From: Minisyncoccota bacterium
GTDB taxonomy: Bacteria > Patescibacteriota > Microgenomatia > UBA1400 > PJMF01
DNA length: 64,000 nt
Assembly (NCBI GenBank): GCA_029881675.1
Contig: JAOUMD010000001.1
Location: forward strand, 2,930-66,929
Direction: 5' to 3'
This document shows positions 56,904 to 64,000 of the stretch, one piece after another (the stretch's first letter is position 1; each line of letters opens with the position of its first letter). Under the pieces are notes generated by a model. It did not search any database. It saw only the letters and a program-made list of their open reading frames with translations, and had not been told where the DNA came from. A program made the translations under genes and the position numbers.

Positions 56904-58699
56904 GAAAATTCCTACCATTAATTTTCATTATCTTAATTGGGCTACTTGTTAGAACTTTCAGAATAGAACACGCCCCCAGCAGATTAACTCATGATGAAAT
57001 GAGCATTGGCTATAATGCTTATTCTATTGCCCAAACTGGGTTAGATGAATGGGGTAGGAAACTCCCCTTAAGTTTTGAAGCTTTTGGCGATTATAAGCTA
57101 CCTGGATATATTTATAGCGTTGTACCTTTTATATCTTTAATTGGCTTAAATACAATATCTCTAAAGCTTCCCTCGATCATTGCTGGAATATTTATCATAA
57201 TATTTTCTTACTTTATTACATTAAAGATAACAAATAACCAACAAACTAGTTTGTTTACGGCTGCTTTAATTGCACTTAGTCCTTGGCCAATTCACATCTC
57301 TAGAATGGCTTTAGAATCAAACCTGGCATTAGCTTTTTATAGTGGGGGATTATTTTTTTCATTAAGTATTTTTGATAAAGACTTAAAAAATGAAACTAAG
57401 ACAAAAAAAGAAATAATCAATAAAAAGAGTCTTACAATTAAATTACTGCTATCGGGATTATTATTTGCTCTCTCTTCATATACTTATGTTGCCTTTAGAT
57501 TAATTACTGTCTTAACGCTATTCTCTTTATCTATAATAAATATTAAGAAGAAAAAGCAACTAAAAAAATCATTTTTAATTTGGCTGTCATTCCTAGTTAT
57601 ATTAATTCCTCTTGTACCACAGCTTTTAGGAAGATCTGGTTCTGCCCGTTTTTCTCAAGTCTCTATTTTTTCTGATCAGGGTATTGAAGCCAAGGTAACA
57701 GAGCAAAGAAACTTTTGTTTCTTACAGCAACAATCAGGATTACCAAAATTATGCAAAGTTTTATATAACAAATACTTTTATATTGGAGAAAAGATAAGTA
57801 AAAACTATTTAAGTTTCATTCTACCGACATTCATATTTTTAGATGGAGATAAATTAGAATATTTAAATAACCCAGACTTTGGACAGTTTTCAATTATCCT
57901 TATTCCTTTTTACTTGATTGGTTTATACCAATTAGTTCAAAATAATAAGGAAAAATATGGCGATAAAACTAAAATTATCTATCTTTTGCTTGCATTCTTA
58001 TTTACCCCATTATCTTCAGCTTTAGTCGGAGATCCTCAGATAGTCAGAGGTAGTGGCTTGCTCCTCTTCATAGCCATATTTAGTGCGATTGGATTAACTT
58101 ATATATCAAGCTTAATTAAAAATAAAAATCTACAAAAAATTTCTTTGGCAGTAATTTCTCTTATTTTCTTATTCAACTTCAGCCAATACTTTATTAGCTA
58201 TAACTACATTTATGCGGCACAGTATGAAAATTATATCTACCAATTAGATCAAAGAACAGTTTCTCATTTAAATGAAGTAGAAAATAATTTTGACAAAATT
58301 TATATCTCAAATCATTTTCCCGATGCTCATATTTTATTAGCTTTTTATAACAAAATTGACCCAGCGTATTATCAAGCAAACATTATTAGACCAATAGCTG
58401 ATGGATTTGGTTTTGCCCATCCTAGTAACTTAGGAAAGTATCATTTCGGTGATCAAAAGTTAATTGAACAACTTTGCTTAACTGATAATTCTCTTTATCT
58501 TTCATTCAATGATGAGTTACCTGCAGGGTGGAAAATTGAAGAGAATGAAGCTAATAATTATGTATATGAAATAAAAGGTTTTTCAGGAGTTCATACCCAA
58601 GTTAAGTTCTTCGATTTAAAAAGGATTAAAGAATACTTAATAGTAAATAATTTATTAGAAAATACTTGTAAAAACTATACCAAATTATTAATAATTTAA
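56900..58699 (+). CDS. PMT/ArnT-like GT-C membrane glycosyltransferase
   Basis: DEMSIGYNAYS, EAFGDYK, SPWPIHISR. Confidence 0.85.
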   Translation: MRKFLPLIFIILIGLLVRTFRIEHAPSRLTHDEMSIGYNAYSIAQTGLDEWGRKLPLSFEAFGDYKLPGYIYSVVPFISLIGLNTISLKLPSIIAGIFIIIFSYFITLKITNNQQTSLFTAALIALSPWPIHISRMALESNLALAFYSGGLFFSLSIFDKDLKNETKTKKEIINKKSLTIKLLLSGLLFALSSYTYVAFRLITVLTLFSLSIINIKKKKQLKKSFLIWLSFLVILIPLVPQLLGRSGSARFSQVSIFSDQGIEAKVTEQRNFCFLQQQSGLPKLCKVLYNKYFYIGEKISKNYLSFILPTFIFLDGDKLEYLNNPDFGQFSIILIPFYLIGLYQLVQNNKEKYGDKTKIIYLLLAFLFTPLSSALVGDPQIVRGSGLLLFIAIFSAIGLTYISSLIKNKNLQKISLAVISLIFLFNFSQYFISYNYIYAAQYENYIYQLDQRTVSHLNEVENNFDKIYISNHFPDAHILLAFYNKIDPAYYQANIIRPIADGFGFAHPSNLGKYHFGDQKLIEQLCLTDNSLYLSFNDELPAGWKIEENEANNYVYEIKGFSGVHTQVKFFDLKRIKEYLIVNNLLENTCKNYTKLLII

Positions 58700-58704
58700 T
58701 CAAA

Positions 58705-60108
58705 TCAAATCAAATCAGCACACCACTGATTCCTAAACCCTGCATCCATTTCCCAATATCGAGTGAAATCAAAAACAATAATCACGTAGATATTAACCAA
58801 TATTAATAAAAACAGAAGTGACCACATTAATATTTTAAGCTGTTTATCTTTTATCTTAAATCCAATCAACTTAAGACCATATGGAACAAACCCTAGTCCC
58901 ATCACACCTCTCATAACCAATGAAGGGACTTCGTGATACCAATGCCCATGAACTCCAGCAACTCTAAATAAAGGAAGCGTAACAAGCCAAAAAATACCAA
59001 ACATTAAATAATTATATTTCTTGAAAATTCTTTTTATATTATCTACAATTGCGACAACAAAAAGAGGATAAAGCATATAGTCATACCAACCGTGATAAGT
59101 ATTTTCTCCACTAGTGGCAAGGATAAAAAGCAGATTAAAAATTACAAAAATATTTAAGGCCAAAAATGTTTTCTTATTCTTATATAGAGAAATAACACTA
59201 GCAACCAGACCTAGTAGAATCCATCCATCAAAAAATATCTTTTCAATTACACCAGGATGTAAAAAGAACCTATTATGTAGTGTTGCCCAACCAATTGGTC
59301 GATTTGATTGTCCTAAAAATACATCAAGAAATAATCCCCAATTAAAATATGCTCCCCATAAAGAAAATAAAATTAAGCCACCAATTAAACCCCATAAACC
59401 TGCCATACTAATTTTCTTATCTTTGATAGACATGCCATATACAAAAATTGAAATAGGGATAATAAGGCCTGAGACTTTTGTCAAAACAGCTAATACACCT
59501 ACCAATAACAAGGCGACATATTTGAACCTCCATTTATCAGGTCTAAGTAAAATTAATGCCAATAAGGTCCAAGTAACTAATAAATTTTCTGCCACAACTA
59601 AACGACTTGCAAAAACAAAAGAAGGAACGGTAGCATAGATTAAACTTGTTAAATAAACCCATTTCTTTTTCTTAAAATATTTACTTGAAAGAATAAATAT
59701 CAAAACTACATTTAAAGTTCCAATTAATATCATCGGAAAACGAATCAATTTTATAGATGGAGTACTTTGCCAGTTGTTTTTTAAGGTATGAGCAAATCCT
59801 GGAATTAAAGCAAAGAGGGGAGGATGATCCAAAGCAGGTCTTACAAATGGAGCTTCATCACCACGTTGTTGAAATATATAGTTATCTAAGTATGGTCTAA
59901 AATACGACCAGCTAGTAGGCTGTCCTTCTTGGATAAGACTAGAACCAAGATACGTCCAGGCACTCTCATCAGCTGTCTCTCCACCAATTGGAAAACTAGT
60001 ATAGTTATAAAACCTCAAAAAAAGTGCGAGGACAATAATCGCACTAAAAATAAATAGGTTCTTATTTAAAAACTTCACATTCTTAGTATAACGCACATTT
60101 CGTAACAA
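58705..60108 (-). CDS. GT-C fold membrane glycosyltransferase (more divergent)
   Basis: LFLRF, DE motif, DHPPL, SR, TK; many TM helices. Confidence 0.75.
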   Translation of the reverse strand: MLRNVRYTKNVKFLNKNLFIFSAIIVLALFLRFYNYTSFPIGGETADESAWTYLGSSLIQEGQPTSWSYFRPYLDNYIFQQRGDEAPFVRPALDHPPLFALIPGFAHTLKNNWQSTPSIKLIRFPMILIGTLNVVLIFILSSKYFKKKKWVYLTSLIYATVPSFVFASRLVVAENLLVTWTLLALILLRPDKWRFKYVALLLVGVLAVLTKVSGLIIPISIFVYGMSIKDKKISMAGLWGLIGGLILFSLWGAYFNWGLFLDVFLGQSNRPIGWATLHNRFFLHPGVIEKIFFDGWILLGLVASVISLYKNKKTFLALNIFVIFNLLFILATSGENTYHGWYDYMLYPLFVVAIVDNIKRIFKKYNYLMFGIFWLVTLPLFRVAGVHGHWYHEVPSLVMRGVMGLGFVPYGLKLIGFKIKDKQLKILMWSLLFLLILVNIYVIIVFDFTRYWEMDAGFRNQWCADLI

Positions 60109-60114
60109 GTCAGA

Positions 60115-61869
60115 TTGTTATATGATAAAGCAAGTATGACCGAGAAACTTTTTATTAAATTTTTCCTTCTAATTGTAATAGTGGCTGCATTTATTAGGTT
60201 TACTGGCTTAGGTCAGATCCCTGTCTCCCTTTATTGGGATGAAGCAGCCATGCTTGTTGATGCTAAGACTGTAGCTGCTACTGGACAGGATATGCACGGT
60301 AACCCTTGGTATCAGCTCATGTACCCTTCATATGGAGACTACAAACTACCAATCTATATCTGGCTTGCTAGTTTCTCTGTCAAGTTATTTGGATTGAGTG
60401 AATGGTCTCTCAGACTTCCGAGTGCAATTGCTGGAATTGGAACAGTCATCACTTCAGGATTAATTGCCAGATTCCTATTCAAAAATTCAAAAAGAACTGA
60501 TCCAAAATTAATTCAATTAATGACCATGGCTGTAGTTACCTTTTCACCCTGGAGTATTATGTTTTCCAGGACTGCCTTCGAAGGACACTTAGCCCAATTC
60601 TTAGTTAGTTTAAGTATTCTTATATTAATGTGGATTCACTCCACAGTAACTCCATCACTCTTATTTGGGAAGGAGACTCCACAAACTATAATAAAACTAT
60701 CAATAGCTGCTTTATTTGGAGTAGTAGCAACTTATACATATTTTTCTGTAAGATTTGTTTGGCCAGTAGTATTCATAGCAATTCAACTATTCTATGCATT
60801 AAAATTTTTTACAAGCAAAACTAAAACTTTTGCCGTAGTTAAAAATATTATCCTCAGCTCTGCAATTCCCTTAATACTCTTCTTCTTGCTTTTAATTCCC
60901 ATGGTAAAGTCACCGCTTTATCAAGAAAGTAATACATTTAGATACTCAACCTCTTCTGTACTTAATAGCTTTGACTATCCTGTTATCTCCAATGGACTGA
61001 GAGAGTTAGCAGGAAATAATACTATTGATCGTTTTTTCTTTCATAGACATTTACTCTTAATTAAAGAGCTTGCCATTAACTACTCTGACCATCTCAGCTT
61101 AAATTACTTATTTATTAATGGCGACTCTAACTTAAGACATGGCACTACTACTCATGGTCTTTTCTTAGTTATCCTTCTGCCAATCTTTATTTATGGATTA
61201 TTTAAATTATTTTTAAATAATAAGAGAGTTTTAACCGTCTTAATTATTTGGTGGATAATTGCTTTGTTACCTGCCTCTGCACCAGAGACTACCCCGCATG
61301 CACTTAGATCACTAAATGGACTTATTCCATTAAGCATTATTATTGGTTTTGGTTTAACCCAATTTATTAACTTTAGTTTAATCAGATCAAAAAAAATAAA
61401 ATTCAAAGTAATATTATTTAGTTTTACACTTTTAACTATCTTTAATATCGGACACTTCCTTAACCACTACTTTTACCACTATCCTAGCCAATCTGCTCAT
61501 GACTGGCAGGATGGTTACAAAGAATTAGCTCTAACAATTGATCAAGTCAAAGATGATGTTACCACTGTCTGGGTGGAGCCATTTGAAGGTAGATTTTACT
61601 TGTGGCTATTAGCCTTTGGTGATTACTCAGCGACTCAAATTCAAGAAATGGATAAGCCAAACTACCAAATCAGTGAAATAGAAAACATAAAAATAGCTCC
61701 TTATGATTGGACTAGATTAAAAACAAATAGCTACAAGATTATTATTGTTGGCGAGACAACTAATATAAATAACAAGCTATCAGAAATAGAAACAAAGCCA
61801 AACTGGATTAAAGAAATTTACAGTCATGATGGAATATCTAGATTTAGCGTAGTGGAATTTGGAGAATGA
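60115..61869 (+). CDS. PMT/ArnT-like GT-C membrane glycosyltransferase (start may be 60136)
   Basis: YWDEAA, SYGDYK, RLPSA, GDSNLRH, TPHALR. Confidence 0.85.
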   Translation: MLYDKASMTEKLFIKFFLLIVIVAAFIRFTGLGQIPVSLYWDEAAMLVDAKTVAATGQDMHGNPWYQLMYPSYGDYKLPIYIWLASFSVKLFGLSEWSLRLPSAIAGIGTVITSGLIARFLFKNSKRTDPKLIQLMTMAVVTFSPWSIMFSRTAFEGHLAQFLVSLSILILMWIHSTVTPSLLFGKETPQTIIKLSIAALFGVVATYTYFSVRFVWPVVFIAIQLFYALKFFTSKTKTFAVVKNIILSSAIPLILFFLLLIPMVKSPLYQESNTFRYSTSSVLNSFDYPVISNGLRELAGNNTIDRFFFHRHLLLIKELAINYSDHLSLNYLFINGDSNLRHGTTTHGLFLVILLPIFIYGLFKLFLNNKRVLTVLIIWWIIALLPASAPETTPHALRSLNGLIPLSIIIGFGLTQFINFSLIRSKKIKFKVILFSFTLLTIFNIGHFLNHYFYHYPSQSAHDWQDGYKELALTIDQVKDDVTTVWVEPFEGRFYLWLLAFGDYSATQIQEMDKPNYQISEIENIKIAPYDWTRLKTNSYKIIIVGETTNINNKLSEIETKPNWIKEIYSHDGISRFSVVEFGE

Positions 61870-63389
61870 AAAAAAATCATAAATTAATACTAGCATTCAT
61901 TATCTTTATTGGTTTTTTGATTCGCATTTTTAATCTTTCTTCATTACCACTAATCCTAAATAGGGATGAGGCCGCTCTTGCTTATAATGGCCTGTTAATT
62001 AGTCAAAGCGCCAAAGATGAATTTGCAAAAAGTTGGCCTTTAACACTAGAGTCATTTGGTGACTATAAACTTCCGGGATATCCCTATACTTTAGCGATAC
62101 TATTTAAAATTTTGCCTATCAATGATTTTACGGTCAGACTACCATCTGTCTTAGCTGGAACATTATTAATCTTTATCAGTTATTTCTTAGCTCGAAACTT
62201 TAAATTTTCAATAAAGCAATCTTTATTCTTCTCCTTTTTGATTGCCCTTGGCCCAATTTTTATCTTTTACTCTCGGATAGCTTTTGAAGCTAATGTTGCT
62301 CTAACTCTATTTGTAATATCAATAACATTATTAACTTTACCTAAAAGTAATTTAAAAACTGATCTATGGGCTGGAGTGATTACTTTTATTGCCATTCTCT
62401 TTTACAACACACCATTATTGTTGTTACCTTTTATTATCCTTGCCTTAATAATATCCAGAGGAATTAAAAAACCTCAGAATTGGTTGCCTGTAGCAAGTTT
62501 ACTAACTTTTATTTTTATTATTATGTTTATGGGTCTGGCTGGGATCTCTTCACAAAAAAGTGGCATTACAATTTTTAGTGATGAAACTATTTGGACAGAG
62601 TCAGTTACTCATTACAATAGCTACACAGGAATATCACAAAAGATTCTGGGAAATAAAATTGTCTTTTATATTACAAAGATATGGCCTAGATTCTTTGAAA
62701 GTTTTTCCATGCATTTTTTAGTTACTGGGGGAGGAACTCATCCCTGGCACAACTTACCAACTCATGCCCATCTTTATTACACTACTTATTTCCTTGGGCT
62801 AGTTGGATTACTCTTACTAATTTTCAAGTCAATGAGAGATAAGAAACATCTCTTTATCTTGTTAATCTTAATTAGTTCTCTTGCTCCAAGTGTTATCACA
62901 GTAGATTCTCCACATGCGACTAGAAGTTTATTATTCATCTACCTGCTCACTTTTACAGGTCTGTATTCTTTGACAATAATCAGAAAAAAATATTTCAAAA
63001 AAATACTTTCACTATTAGTGTTATTGGTAATTCTAGAATCAAGTCGGTACATGTATCTATATTTTGGAAAGTATCCAGCCACACAACCTTCCTCACTAAA
63101 AATTGGTTATCCAGAATTAATAAATGAAGTTAACAAAAACCATTCTGATAAAAATATTGCTGTTATTGATGAAGCTGGCTTTCAATATATTTTAACTGCC
63201 TGGTACTTAAAAATACCATCAGATGAATTCTTCTCAACAATAATCAAACAATTACCAGATAGAATTGGATTTAAATATGGTCAGCAATTATCTAACTACC
63301 ACTTTATCGCACATCCTGATGATAGGGACGAAGCTGAGACTGTTCTGGTAGAATGGATAGATAACAGATGGCAAGTACGCCAATTCTAA
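61866..63389 (+). CDS. PMT/ArnT-like GT-C membrane glycosyltransferase
   Basis: NRDEAALAYN, ESFGDYK, RLPS, SRIAFE, PHATR. Confidence 0.85.
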   Translation: MKKNHKLILAFIIFIGFLIRIFNLSSLPLILNRDEAALAYNGLLISQSAKDEFAKSWPLTLESFGDYKLPGYPYTLAILFKILPINDFTVRLPSVLAGTLLIFISYFLARNFKFSIKQSLFFSFLIALGPIFIFYSRIAFEANVALTLFVISITLLTLPKSNLKTDLWAGVITFIAILFYNTPLLLLPFIILALIISRGIKKPQNWLPVASLLTFIFIIMFMGLAGISSQKSGITIFSDETIWTESVTHYNSYTGISQKILGNKIVFYITKIWPRFFESFSMHFLVTGGGTHPWHNLPTHAHLYYTTYFLGLVGLLLLIFKSMRDKKHLFILLILISSLAPSVITVDSPHATRSLLFIYLLTFTGLYSLTIIRKKYFKKILSLLVLLVILESSRYMYLYFGKYPATQPSSLKIGYPELINEVNKNHSDKNIAVIDEAGFQYILTAWYLKIPSDEFFSTIIKQLPDRIGFKYGQQLSNYHFIAHPDDRDEAETVLVEWIDNRWQVRQF

Positions 63390-63391
63390 TT

Positions 63392-64000
63392 ATGTCAAAA
63401 CCACTTATCAGTGTTGCACTAGCTACTCACAATGAAGAAAAAAACCTTTCTATGTGCTTGGATAGCGTCAAAGATTGGGTAGATGAAATCATTATTGCAG
63501 ATGGAGAATCTACAGATCAGACCATTTCAATTGCAAAAAAATATGATGCAAAAGTAATTAAGACAACCAATAAAGCAAACTTTCATATTAACAAACAAAT
63601 TGCCATGGACGAAGCAAAGGGTCTCATTGTTTTACAACTTGATGCAGATGAAGTAGTAGATAAAAAGATGGCCAAGTTTATCAAAGAAAAAGCAAAAGAA
63701 ATCAGTACCATTGAAAAAAAGGATTCTAGAGATATAAAAAACTACCAGCCAAAGGCTTGGAACTTAAGAAGGAGGAATTTCTTTCTTGGTAGATTTCTAA
63801 CAAAGGGTGGGCAATACCCTGACCCTGTCATCAGATTATATATTAATGGATTTGCTAGGTTACCTCAAAAGGATGTTCATGAACAAATGGATGTAAATGG
63901 GAATATAGAATTTGCTAAAGGACACCTCCTTCACTATTCAAATCCAAGCTTTACTGATTATTTACGAAAATTTAATACTTACACATCATTCAAAGCTATG
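63392..64000 (+). CDS. Glycosyltransferase family 2 (3'-truncated; not in the ORF track)
   Basis: Translates MSKPLISVALATHNEEKNLSMCLDSV...DGESTD...LDADE and stays open to the window end. Confidence 0.9.
   Translation, partial: MSKPLISVALATHNEEKNLSMCLDSVKDWVDEIIIADGESTDQTISIAKKYDAKVIKTTNKANFHINKQIAMDEAKGLIVLQLDADEVVDKKMAKFIKEKAKEISTIEKKDSRDIKNYQPKAWNLRRRNFFLGRFLTKGGQYPDPVIRLYINGFARLPQKDVHEQMDVNGNIEFAKGHLLHYSNPSFTDYLRKFNTYTSFKAM

Noticed and set aside
79-61406. Remaining 60-175-aa ORFs nested inside longer genes (e.g. 3715..4029, 30623..30997, 59114..59638)
   Set aside because: Fully overlap well-supported CDSs and lack motifs
1-64000. Alternative genetic code (UGA recoded), tRNA/rRNA genes, IS elements or prophage
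   Set aside because: Long ORFs are intact in the standard code and TGA serves as a stop in coupled overlaps (37371-74, 56900-03, 61866-69); no cloverleaf, transposase, integrase or phage structural motif recognised

Overview
AT-rich bacterial DNA in the standard code. The gene content (DUF4012-like protein, tandem PMT/ArnT-like glycosyltransferases, Cys-repeat surface protein, many near-leaderless genes) suggests Patescibacteria/CPR, Microgenomates-like; this is inference. The flanks hold envelope and housekeeping genes (manC, sugar transferase, recO, metK, dinB, ADP-forming acetyl-CoA synthetase; lemA, htpX, gatCAB, epmA, pgi, glycosyltransferase array). The centre holds an amino-acid/purine block (argH-argG, class III aminotransferase, aspartate aminotransferase plus archaeal-type ppcA, glnA, serB-like, guaA) and a nucleotide-handling island. 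That island has a kinase, a PRTase-HAD fusion, a nucleoside hydrolase, an HD hydrolase, a Nudix, a methyltransferase and six paralogous proteins fusing a nucleoside-deoxyribosyltransferase(NDT)-like domain to a ribbon-helix-helix (RHH) domain. The intergenic DNA carries a dense RNA regulatory layer absent from the ORF track. It includes an Asn/Gln-rich leader-peptide attenuator before gatCAB, a Ser-rich one before serB, and an Ile-rich one before the class III aminotransferase. There are also two T-boxes with ultrashort Stem I (Arg-CGC, Asn-AAC) coupled to intrinsic terminators, and a SAM-clan riboswitch before metK. I saw no tRNA, rRNA, CRISPR array, transposase or integrase. All calls come from reading motifs by eye; no searches were run.
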